64,000 nt of DNA from Rhizodiscina lignyota (Eukaryota): contig ML978123.1 of assembly GCA_010015805.1 (NCBI GenBank), positions 1,054,001 to 1,118,000 on the forward strand, in the 5' to 3' direction. Made by a program: the position numbers and the translations under genes. The notes under the pieces are model-generated. The model saw only the letters and a program-made list of their open reading frames with translations. It did not search any database and had not been told where the DNA came from. This document shows positions 21,338 to 32,198 of the stretch, in pieces. Each line of letters starts with the position of its first letter. The first letter of the stretch is position 1.

Positions 21338-24319
21338 ATGTTCAACTTCACCTCCCTCCTCGGCGCGCAGTCGAATTCTACAGCCTCACAATCTATTCTT
21401 GAACTCGATGGTGGGGTCAAGATACTCGTTGACTGCGGCTGGGATGAAACTTTTGATGCTGAGAGGCTCTCTGAGCTGGAGAAACACATTCCTACGCTCT
21501 CCATTATCCTTCTTACACACGCGACCACGGCGCATCTCGGAGCCTTCGCGCATTGCTGCAAGCATTTCCCACTATTTACACGTATACCAGTGTATGCCAC
21601 CAATCCGGTAATAGCTCTCGGGAAGACTCTACTCCAAGATATCTACGCGTCGACACCACTGGCACGCGCAACAATACCACAAGCTGCACTGTCCGAGTCC
21701 CCGTACGCTGTATCGTCCACTGGCGACAGTACCAATACAAAGATCCTGCTACAACCTCCAACGGTGGATGAGATAACCGGTTACTTCTCTCTTGTCCATC
21801 CGCTGAAGTACTCTCAACCTCACGAACCGACACCCTCGCCGTTTTCGCCTCCCCTCAATGGCCTCACAATCGCGGCATATAGCGCAGGACACAGCCTTGG
21901 TGGGACGATATGGCACATACAACATGGCTTAGAATCCATCGTATATGCCGTTGACTGGAACCAAGCAAGGGAACATGTTCTATCTGGAGCGGCCTGGCTT
22001 GGTCCTGCGGGAGCTGGTGGCGCGGAGGTTATAGACAGTCTGAGGCGGCCAACTGCGCTTGTTTGCAGCAGTAGAGGGGCAGAACGCATCATCCTGCCTG
22101 GTGGTATCAAGAAGCGCGATGAGGTACTGCTTGGCCACATTAAGGAGACTGTCAAGAACGGAGGCACTGTCCTGATACCCTCAGACTCGACCGCGCGCAT
22201 ATTAGAGCTGTCTTTTCTGCTAGAGAGTTCATGGCCAGAAATCCGGGATGCCAGCGAGGGTCAAAAGCTGAAGGTGTGGCTGGCGAGTCGTTCCTGTGGT
22301 GCCACAATGCGACAAGCGCGTAGCATGCTAGAGTGGATGGAAGAAGGCATTGTTCGAGACTTTGAAGCCTTTAGCTCTCATCCATCGAACACCACCAAGC
22401 AGAAGGGTCATCAACGAACGAGCTCAAAGCAAGATTCTGCTGCGGCTGAGAACGTCCAATCCGCACCATTTGACTTTAAAAGGCTCAAGATCGTAGAGAG
22501 TGCTTCGCGCTTTGGCAGAGCGCTCTCCCAGGAAGGACCTAAAGTGATATTGGCAAGCGATGTTTCGCTTGAATGGGGTTTCTCTCATGCAGCAGTGCGC
22601 CAGCTAGCGGCTGATCCCAAAAATCTCATCATTCTGACTGAGTACACCTCTCTTTCCAAAGACGACGAACCAACTCTTCAACAATATCTTTGGTCCCTAT
22701 ATGAGAAGCAAGCTGGTACCGCTGATGACAACGCAACCGTCGTCATCTCTGGAAATGGAGCCTCAGCTAAGTGCACCAGCATCTCTACTGAGCCGCTTTC
22801 CCAAGCAGAGACACCTCTTTATCAATCTTACCTTGCACGCCAGCGTCAAATGCAAAATACGCTCCAAACTGGACAGGCCTCAAATCTCGAGACCAGCGCG
22901 GATATCATTGATGATCGCTCATCTGCGTCTTCTTCGACATCGGAAGACTCGGACGATGAGCAGCAAGGTAAAATTCTCAACGTCTCTGCAGTCATGTCAC
23001 AGTCGCGGCATAAGCTTGGCCTATCAGATGCCGAACTCGGGATCAATATTCTTTTGCGCCGGAAGGGCATGCATGACTGGGAAGTTCGAGGCAAGAAGGG
23101 TAGGGAGAAAATGTTTCCTTTCACTGGGAAGAGGAAGAAGAACGACGAATTCGGAGACCTCATCCGACCTGAGGAGTATCTGCGCGCAGAAGAAAGAGAC
23201 GATGTAGACGGTGAGGATATGCGCAATGGCGCCGAGTCCACGAAAAAGGACAACGCTGTTGGCGAGAAGCGGAAGTGGGGAGATATGGCTGTGCAGTCGA
23301 CCAATGGTGTCCAAGCACGACGAATGTCTAATGGTGTCAACAAGCGTCGGAGGACTGCCGAAGATGGCGGTAGTGTCTCAGCTGAGGGCGACGAGGACAG
23401 TGAGCTGAGCAGCGAAGATGAGGGGGAACCTCAGATGCAGGAGCCGGAGGGACCGAGAAAACTTGTCGTTAAGGAAGAGTCTCTTCAACTCAACCTACGC
23501 ATAGCATTTGTCGATTTCTCTGGACTGCATGATAAGCGCAGCTTACAAATGCTCATCCCCCTGATACGGCCGCGAAAGCTGATTCTCGTTGGCGGAGATG
23601 AGGCGGAGACGCAAGCTCTTGCTACAGACTGTAGGAAACTCCTCGCTGTTGGAGGCGTGGATGCTGCAGACAGCCAGAACGAGGAGAAAGGCGCAGATGT
23701 CTTCACCCCAGTAACGGGAGAGACTGTTGACGCGAGCGTGGACACGAATGCTTGGATTGTCAAGCTCAGCGATCCGTTGGTCAGGATCTTGAAATGGCAG
23801 AATGTGAGGGGACTCGGTGTTGTCGCGCTCACTGGGCTGTTGGAGCTACCAACTGCCTCTTCCGAGTCTACAGAGGCGGACGCTCAAGAAACGCCGAAAG
23901 CAAAGAAGCTCAAAGCGATCAAAGGAGAGCAACAAGACATGCCTCAGATTGATGTACCCGTAGACGGACAGCAAGTATCAGGCCCTCCAATTCTAGACAT
24001 CCTGCCGTCGAACATGGCAGCAGCAACACGAACCGCCACAGCTCCCCTGCACGTCGGAGATCTGAGACTCGCGGACCTGCGAAAGCTTATGCAGGCGGCT
24101 GGATACACTGCGGAATTCCGTGGAGAAGGTACACTGCTGGTTGGGGGCATTGTGGCGGTCAGAAAATCTGGTACTGGCAGGATTGAGGTCGAAGGAGCCA
24201 TGCTTGGAAGTGATACAATGGGCAATGGAGGGCCGGGAGGTTCAAGTGGTGTCACCAAGACGTTCTATGAGGTCAAGAAGAAGATTTATGAGGGGCTGGC
24301 AGTTGTTGCTGGTAGCTAG
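21338..24319 (+). CDS. CFT2: Cleavage and polyadenylation specificity factor subunit 2 (CPSF100)
   Basis: 993-aa intronless ORF; MBL/beta-CASP motifs ILVDCGW, LTHATTAHLGA, AGHSLGG, YAVDWN and DFSGLHD; C-terminal VGDLRLADLR...AEFRGEGTL. Confidence 0.95.
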   Translation: MFNFTSLLGAQSNSTASQSILELDGGVKILVDCGWDETFDAERLSELEKHIPTLSIILLTHATTAHLGAFAHCCKHFPLFTRIPVYATNPVIALGKTLLQDIYASTPLARATIPQAALSESPYAVSSTGDSTNTKILLQPPTVDEITGYFSLVHPLKYSQPHEPTPSPFSPPLNGLTIAAYSAGHSLGGTIWHIQHGLESIVYAVDWNQAREHVLSGAAWLGPAGAGGAEVIDSLRRPTALVCSSRGAERIILPGGIKKRDEVLLGHIKETVKNGGTVLIPSDSTARILELSFLLESSWPEIRDASEGQKLKVWLASRSCGATMRQARSMLEWMEEGIVRDFEAFSSHPSNTTKQKGHQRTSSKQDSAAAENVQSAPFDFKRLKIVESASRFGRALSQEGPKVILASDVSLEWGFSHAAVRQLAADPKNLIILTEYTSLSKDDEPTLQQYLWSLYEKQAGTADDNATVVISGNGASAKCTSISTEPLSQAETPLYQSYLARQRQMQNTLQTGQASNLETSADIIDDRSSASSSTSEDSDDEQQGKILNVSAVMSQSRHKLGLSDAELGINILLRRKGMHDWEVRGKKGREKMFPFTGKRKKNDEFGDLIRPEEYLRAEERDDVDGEDMRNGAESTKKDNAVGEKRKWGDMAVQSTNGVQARRMSNGVNKRRRTAEDGGSVSAEGDEDSELSSEDEGEPQMQEPEGPRKLVVKEESLQLNLRIAFVDFSGLHDKRSLQMLIPLIRPRKLILVGGDEAETQALATDCRKLLAVGGVDAADSQNEEKGADVFTPVTGETVDASVDTNAWIVKLSDPLVRILKWQNVRGLGVVALTGLLELPTASSESTEADAQETPKAKKLKAIKGEQQDMPQIDVPVDGQQVSGPPILDILPSNMAAATRTATAPLHVGDLRLADLRKLMQAAGYTAEFRGEGTLLVGGIVAVRKSGTGRIEVEGAMLGSDTMGNGGPGGSSGVTKTFYEVKKKIYEGLAVVAGS

Positions 24320-24762
24320 GTAGTTCGGTATTGTACCATAGAAATCCAATTGTGTGTGATGAATCTTTGCGTGGCCGTCCTGGCGGGTAAACGCACCCAA
24401 ATCCAGGGCGTCTTGCCCAGAAATCGTTATGGATACGCGCCGAATCCCAGGGGGGAGGCCCCTCACCTCGGGCTGCCCAGCCACTCTTCATGCAACCCGG
24501 ACGCGCTTCATTATCCTTCTTCCACACCATCTGGAGCTCATAGGACCTTTAGAGGCAACGGTGAACGGATCTGTAGACCTCGCGTTACCTTTAGAGGGAA
24601 GTGTGACTCCGTACCGGTTGAATTCAGCTTTCCGCGTTTATTCAACTCTAAAGGGAGGTGTATGCGAATGGAATGACTCAACAATTAAAATCATTTCCTT
24701 TATCTCAGCTCGTTCACCTCCGTACCATTTTCTAGAATTCATTGATCCTTATTTCGGTCATT

Positions 24763-25902
24763 ATGTCTCTCTATTTAAATCCTTCCGCCAGGTCGTACTG
24801 CCGCCGCAACGAAGTGGATCCAGCAGTGGAAAATTTCCACAAGCAGCTGCCAGACTATGCAGAGACGACACTTCACTCTCTCCCTGGTCTGGCAAAGGAG
24901 CTGGGCGTGGCTTATGTTCTCATGAAAGACGAATCGGATAGATTCGGTCTTCCATCTTTTAAAGTCCTGGGAGCATCATGGGGCGTCTTCCGCGCGGTAG
25001 CGGCAAAGGTCGGTGCTCCACTGACTGCTTCACTTCAAGAGCTTGGGAGACTTGCCAATGAATGGGGCATTAGACTGATTACTTGCTCCGATGGTAATTG
25101 GGGGCGTGCTGTGGCCAGAGTAGCCAGGTATATGGGCATTCCTGTGACGGTCTATCTTCCGGGGAATATTGATGAGGCTACGAGGAAGAGGATTGCGAGT
25201 GAGGATGCAGCAGTTGAGATTGTGAATGGCACATATGATGATGCTGTTCAAACCGTAATTCGGAAGGGAGATGCTGGAGAAGGTTTGCTGGTAATGGATC
25301 ACTCGTGGCCGGGATTTCATGATATACCAACTGTAAGGACGTCTTTCCGTTGTCTTTCCACCATATCTAACAAGCATCAGTGGGTAGTTGAGGGATACTC
25401 AACACTCTTGTCCGAAGTAGATCGACAAGTGTTGTCCGTCGCAGGTACTCGAGCAACGCACGCTATTGCAGGCGTTGGTGTTGGATCCTGGGCTGAGTCT
25501 GTCGTCCGCCATTATAAGAGCGAATCAGAAGAGCCCAGAACTACTGTTATCACAGTCGAAGCGGACACGGCAGCCTGTTTGCAGACCAGCTTGATGGCGG
25601 GCAAGATGACGACTGTCGAGACAGGAGACACGATCATGTGTGGCTTCAACTGCGGGACGGTGTCGGAGGTTGCTTGGCCGTACTTGAGAGATGGCGTGGA
25701 TGTGAGCATCACAGTTACGGACAGGGAAGCTGATCAAGCCACGAAGTATATCAACGAGCATGGCATCAACGGCGGGCCCTGTGGTGCGGCTACTCTCGCA
25801 GCATTGAGGAAGCTAATTGGCGTGAAAGAAGTAGGTCTTCAAGCTGATTCTGTGGTGGTTTTGTTTTGCACAGAAAGATCTCGGGAGTATGTGCTCGCAT
25901 AA
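24763..25902 (+). CDS. PLP-dependent fold-type II enzyme, diaminopropionate ammonia-lyase family
   Basis: ATG 24763; KDESDRFGLPSFKVLGAS (PLP lysine), SDGNWGRA, GVGVGS and TIMCGFNCG motifs; probable in-frame intron 25333..25380. Confidence 0.88.
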   Translation: MSLYLNPSARSYCRRNEVDPAVENFHKQLPDYAETTLHSLPGLAKELGVAYVLMKDESDRFGLPSFKVLGASWGVFRAVAAKVGAPLTASLQELGRLANEWGIRLITCSDGNWGRAVARVARYMGIPVTVYLPGNIDEATRKRIASEDAAVEIVNGTYDDAVQTVIRKGDAGEGLLVMDHSWPGFHDIPTVRTSFRCLSTISNKHQWVVEGYSTLLSEVDRQVLSVAGTRATHAIAGVGVGSWAESVVRHYKSESEEPRTTVITVEADTAACLQTSLMAGKMTTVETGDTIMCGFNCGTVSEVAWPYLRDGVDVSITVTDREADQATKYINEHGINGGPCGAATLAALRKLIGVKEVGLQADSVVVLFCTERSREYVLA

Positions 25903-26939
25903 GGTTGACGATAGAAGGTCCACGATTGGTATGGAGAGCATAGAGGGACTTGAGGCGCTCGCATGCGTAACTGAGGCGTTGCAAGGCACTGCCTGGAATA
26001 AACGCATCAGAGAGTTTCGTTTCTTCGATAATCGATTTCAACATGCTTGAAGCATAGCCGACGAACGGGTTTTCCACTCCTTCGCGGTGATAGCTATGTT
26101 CGTCGCTTTACGCGGCCCACTGCGGTTGTTAGACGCGAACCCAACAAGCCTTGCTTACAATTGCTCAAAGCTTTTCCAATGCCGATCCTGCGTGGCGAAT
26201 ATGTTTTGGCATCGCAGAGTTGGATGTACCTAGGTACTTCGACTCCAGTTCTCCACACGCGCTTGTGACAACATTGATGAGCAATCCTGCAGCGGAAGCA
26301 GCAGACACCGCGAAGAACGGGAACGCACATTACCGCTGATGTTCAGGAGGATAGCTCACTTGATCCCTGGCGACCTTGGGCGTTCTCGAATGAGATGCGG
26401 TGAAGTCATAGCACAGCCACCAGCCCGTATCCGTGACGCGAACTGGCGCAGCCAATGGCGGCACGTTCAGCTGGGAACCAGATGCCCATTTCGCCGCCGG
26501 TTTGCTCACCAAGAGAGCTGACCTATGTCTCTTAAGCACTCGTTCCACCCTTGACCTACTGAGCTTTTCTTCACCTCCACATGAGAATCGCCTCACCGAA
26601 AACTCACACCGTTCGAACGCCATTCTAGCATTCATCCAATCGATTGCTCGAAAGCGGCAACCCTGGACCTGCAGTAACACCTACGACCATTTGCTGCCTG
26701 ACATTCAGCGCAACCATCACCACTTTCCCGAGCCTTACAACAACCCTTCATACTTTTGAGTCACCGGTTCTCTACGATCCAACGTTTGCAAACGTCTCTA
26801 CCACCGCAATAAATACGTCGCAAGCGAGCCTACTACCTCTGAGACCCCTCATCTGGCAGTCGACTCTCTGCCCGAGAGACGAGCGCGCAAGGCATTGCAA
26901 AAGACCGTCGCAAGGCGCAAGCACAAGGATTGAAGCATC

Positions 26940-28835
26940 ATGGACTCAAGCGTGAAGAGAAGAGATACCACCAAAGGACCACCTCTGCGCATACTGTCGC
27001 TTGGTGAGTGACCCCGCTCTCCTCCTTGAATGAGAGATTCTAATCGAAGATTGATACAGATGGTGGCGGAGTACGCGGCTACTCTATGCTCATCCTCCTT
27101 CAAGAGCTCATGCATCGCACATTCGTCGAAACTGAAGGCCGAGCCCCGCGCCGCAATGAGATACCCAAGCCTTGCGACCATTTCGACTTGATAGCTGGAA
27201 CGGGCACAGGTGGACTCATTGCAATCATGCTGGGCAGGTTGCGATTAGACCTAGAGACCTGCAAAAGCGTCTACGTCCGCATGACGAAGCGCGTATTCGA
27301 GACCGACAAGACAATTGCGGGGATACCATACAGAAGCACACTCTTCAAAGCATCGAAGCTGGAGGAGGTGATCCGTGAATGTGTTCGGGAGCACACCATA
27401 TATGAGAACGAGGGCAACGACAGCACAGATGCACCGGCTGGTGCTCTAGAGTCGCCCATTAGCCCAATAAGACCTACAAGCGGAGTCTACGGCGGAGTTC
27501 AGAGGAGCCCAAGCAACGCGAGCAGATACAGCTTGATAGGAGCGACTCCGGTAGCACCATATCGCGGCTCTTTGGCTGCGTCGAGATGGGGCGATCCAAA
27601 TGCGCTACTCTATGACACCCGAGAGAATCGCACAAAGACGTAAGTTTGTTCCGTTTTCAGTTACCATACATTAGCTGACCGGACGCAGCGCGGTAACCGC
27701 AGTCTACAAAGGCACACCAAAGACCGGAGGCTCTGTCCTTCTGCGATCATATGATTCACGAAAGGAGGTCTTGATCGAGCCGGAATGTACAATTTGGCAG
27801 GCTGGTCGAGCAACCGCAGCAACTGGCCTTGCATTCAAGCACATCCAGATTGGCCAGTCCGTCTTCCTCGACGAAGGCGCTGGCAAATACAATCCTTCCC
27901 CACAAATTCTCGATGAGGCTGTGCAGAATGAATGGCCTGGTCGCGAAGTCGGCGTCTTTGTCAGCATCGGCACTGGTAAACGACCTTCGTCAAGCTCAGA
28001 ACCTGAGCACTTGTGGTGGGAAGGCTTTCTTGGAGGCGGACTAGACAGCTTTGCAGAAGCAAGACGCCGCTTGATTGCGAAGATCGAAGGCTGTGAGACG
28101 ACGCACCAGTACATGCTGAGGGAGCATCTGTCGAGCAGACACGTGAATCCGGAAAATTACTACCGTCTCAACGTTGAAGTAGGCGTGGGCGAATTCGGTA
28201 TGAATGAGTGGGGTCGTCTTTCCGAGATCAGCACGAACACGCGGAGATACCTAGAAAAGGATGATGTCCAGACGACAAACTTCAGCGCGGCAGCGAAGCT
28301 AGCCAAGATCCATTTTGCGAAGCAGAGATGGGAACGTGCACTCCGTGGTGAAGCCGAGCCTCCAAATCCATGGGATCTCAAAGCTCAGCCTGCGCCTCCT
28401 CCACCGTCAAACCCGTTAGCTGTGGAGTTACCAGCCGAAGACGTTGTTGGTCCCCTCCCGTCTCACCGGCCGCAATCACAGATGCTCAGCCCGCAATACC
28501 ACCGACGACCTTCCGAAGATGAGAAATACATCATAACCAGCGACGAATATCCGACCTACGACGCGCCTCCGCGCCCATCAACAGACTATGCTCCTTCCAA
28601 CTACTCGCATAGCCCAAACAACTCAATAAACTCTCCAGCTCGTATCTACGGCGATGGTATGCAGCGCACAAGTCCACCCCCTTTACCGCCGAAGACACCG
28701 TTAAACCACTCGCCAGGCCGTTCTGGCCTCTCGTCGAATTTGTCAAGGCCGCCGGGCGGTGTGGTGCTGCCGTATCCAGATACCGATGGTCCTCCACCTA
28801 CGGTGAATATGGCGAGGAAGCCCAATTTATCCTGA
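26940..28835 (+). CDS. Patatin-like phospholipase-domain protein with Pro-rich tail (3 exons)
   Basis: ATG 26940; introns 27004..27059 and 27640..27688; LRILSLDGGGVRG, FDLIAGTGTGG, IWQAGRATAA, FLDEG, VSIGTG and YYRLNV. Confidence 0.92.
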
Positions 28836-30495
28836 GTGGAGGATGCGATTAGGAAACACATTGACGGTCTTGTACATATAACGCATGGTTTATGAGGTTA
28901 TGAGAACAACGGATTCAGGTTGGGCTGTGGTGGGGTTTTGCCCCAGTTGCTTTCGCGCGAGATTCCCCCATAATGTACTGCTGGCTTGGGAGTAGCTAGG
29001 AATACGATATGCTACAATGAGAAGCCTTTGTTTACGGGTGCCAATGGGAAGTGAAATCCTAAGCATCGTGTGAATTCACATGAAGACGGTGAGAGTGACA
29101 CGGTTTATACAAGCGGGCGTCTGCAGCCTCTTATGAAAAAGACGTACTTTGGGTAGAAATATCCAAAATAGAATCTTAAGAGGTCTCGCGCACATATTGC
29201 ATCATCTACGATGAAGTGTGACAGCGCCTATCACCACTGCCTCTTTAGGTTTTGGTCAAAGCTCGTGCTCCTTTTACACGTGGAGGGAGGGCGATATAAG
29301 ACCGAGACTTGGATGGCACAATAGAATTTTCTTGTCTAGTCTCTTGCACAATTCACGGTGTCTATTGTTGAAATTGAGGTTTTCGTGGTACTGAGAAGTG
29401 ACGCGCTGCAGCGCGTGCACATAAACACCAGACGCACACCACCACTCCGCCCATCACGATTTCAACGTCCAATTAATACCGGATAGAAGTTTGTATGTAC
29501 AAATAGAGAGACAAGCGCGAAGAGCTCTATCCACCAACCCGCTGTATATAGCGACACGCCTCCGAGGAGACACCCACCATCAAACTCTCACTACCCACAC
29601 GAGATATTCGCCACTCACAACACCAAACTTGAGACCCATGGCAAGACAGCATATCGTGCTGCAAAACAACAAAATGGCAGGCATCTGCACAGATGTATGC
29701 AAAGAGAAGGTGATGATGCGACAAGCAAAGAAACCTGATCTTTCTCCCACAGCCACCTGCTCAAGGCAGATGGGAAGCTGGAAAAAGACAAGAGGGGAGG
29801 ACACTTGGACATGCTGTCTGAACTGAGCAAATGGAAACCGCCTCCGCAGAGCAGTTGAAAACCGCCCCTGCACAGAGCAGAGTGGTAGTAACTGCCTCAG
29901 ATAGAGTGGTAGGCAAATGCCTTCGACGCTCAGTTGCATGCCTGTGTGCCACGACAAGAAGAGGGTGTGGTATTCAAAAGACACCAACAAGATGAACTTC
30001 AATTAATTGACAAGTGTGCTTGCAAGTAAAGGCAGATGAAGTGAACTGGAGAGAAGGAAAGAAGGATTGAGCTGGAAGATTGGGGCGTATATATACGTGA
30101 AAAGTTGCCAAGACTACGGTGGCCCGTAGAGCTCAGATTGCACACTGGAGGATATAATGAGACTGAGGACAATATAATATGCTCGCGACATCGGAACCTT
30201 AATTAAGGTACACTGAGGTAGTTTGGTGTGGATATCACGGAGGCATTCACAGTCAACACAGGAGACTACGTCATGGCTCATACAACGTTAAGCACGAAAC
30301 GTATTACGTTCTATCCAGAAATTAAATAGTGGACTGTATTGGAAAGAAGTCAGAACTTGAAAAAAAAAAAGGGAGAAATATCAGACGGAGGGCAAATGGG
30401 GCGCGTGAGGTTTATATAAGGCGGATTCAGCGCTAACCTCAAAAAATCCTGACGGCCAGGGACACGCGCGCGCTGCCTGCCTATCGGAACCTAGA

Positions 30496-30501
30496 AGCTC
30501 C
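30496..30501. promoter_or_regulatory. Possible Rpn4-type proteasome promoter element (GGAGCT on the minus strand)
   Basis: AGCTCC about 130 bp upstream of the PRE2 ATG, with related AGCTCT copies nearby. The motif is short and could be chance. Confidence 0.25.
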
Positions 30502-30631
30502 AACGTCAAAGCTCTCATCGAGCTCTCCACGAGCAAACATCTCACCACGACTACACTCACTATCCACCTTGACATTTCACCTTAACGTCTCTCTGCTTCT
30601 CCCCTTAAGCGACTGCAACGTTTTGTCGAAG

Positions 30632-31671
30632 ATGGACTCGTTAGTCGCGCAGTACACCCGCCCAGCGGAACAGCAAGAAGGCTACTTCGACGAGGACCAA
30701 CTGGAGCTCTCACAAGGCTCGCCGCAACTATCTCTCAAGTTCGCGTTACCGCCTGTGGCAAACGTACGTTCCTTCCAGATTCAGCTTCACTCTCAGTCAC
30801 TAACGCCGCACCCCAGTCTTCAGCATGGCTCCGTGCTATGACAGACGACTACTCCAACCCCAACTGCCCCATCAAGATTGCGCACGGCACCACGACACTT
30901 GCATTCAGATTCAAGGGCGGTATAATAGTCGCGACGGATTCGAGAGCAACGGCGGGTAACTGGATCGCGAGTCAGACGGTCAAGAAGGTCATTGAGATCA
31001 ACAGCTGTCTGCTGGGGACGATGGCTGGTGGCGCTGCGGTATGTAGAAACGCGGGAAAGCGAGTCACGTACAATACAGGGACTGATGCTGTGATGCTATA
31101 GGACTGCCAATATTGGCTGGCGTACCTAGGTATGCAGTGCCGACTGCACGAGCTCAGGCACAAGCGCCGTATCTCGGTGGCGGCTGCGTCGAAGATTCTG
31201 GCGAACCTGGTCTACAACTACAAGGGCATGGGCTTGAGCATGGTATGTTCTCACATACTACAGATGCTGCAGTCACTTGGAAAAGAGAAACAGACAAGGC
31301 TGACTGTACTACAGGGAACCATGTGCGCAGGCGTGACTCCTCAAGAAGGCCCAGCCCTCTACTACATCGACAGCGACGGTACGCGCCTCGCCGGCAACCT
31401 CTTCTGCGTCGGATCCGGTCAGACCTTCGCATACGGAGTGCTCGACGCAGAGTACAGCTATGACCTATCTGACGAGGACGCGCTGGAGCTGGGAAAGCGA
31501 AGCATCCTGGCTGCGACACACAGAGATGCCTTCTCCGGTGGCTTCATCAACTTGTATCATGTCAAGGAAGATGGATGGGTGAAGCACGGCTTCAACGACA
31601 CGAATCCCATCTTCTGGAAGACGAAGCTGGAGAAGGGCGAATTCTCGAACGTCACGTCGGAGCTGGTGTGA
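30632..31671 (+). CDS. PRE2: 20S proteasome subunit beta-5 (4 exons)
   Basis: ATG 30632; introns 30764..30816, 31039..31101 and 31243..31314; propeptide, then [29 protein letters not shown] and VGSG. Confidence 0.97.
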
Positions 31672-32198
31672 ACAAGGTGAACTTCACTTGTACATTAAGG
31701 GCATTGGCGCTGGTGTCTCACTGGGAGCATAGAATGAGCAGCTTTCTAAATTTGCAGGCATTGGCTTCTGCGGTGTGATTATACTAGCAATACATGCGGA
31801 GACTGAGAGTGTGTAGGGGCGAGGAGAGCGGAGAATGAAGAGAATACCAAAAACAGAGCCTTCCAATACATGTGTTCGTGGTAATCATAAGGTTAGGCTT
31901 TGTGTCTTCAGGATGAGCCAACAAAGAGACGAAAGCGTAAGCGTAAACGTAGGACGTAAAGATCTCCGTCTCCTCAGATCATGACATAACAAGCCACAGC
32001 TCTCGTCAAGCATTCATGTCAAGAGTCAGCCATGTAAAGAAGAACGACGACGAATGTTGCTTGATCAAGTCCTCCATAGCGCCCTGCAGACATATTAACA
32101 TGATAGGTGAGAGTGGTGGACGACCGGCGGGCTTACTGCAATAGGTTCACAGATGCGCTCCGTAAACCATCCAGTAGCGTCGCAACCTCCCGTAGTTG

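Noticed and set aside
21500..21560. Degenerate metallo-beta-lactamase motif (THATTAH) in CFT2
   Set aside because: Expected: CPSF100/Cft2 is the known catalytically inactive paralog of CPSF73.
29710..29826. Box C (GTGATGA) and box D (CTGA) like motifs suggesting a snoRNA
   Set aside because: No terminal stem and no convincing guide abutting a D box; motifs this short occur by chance.
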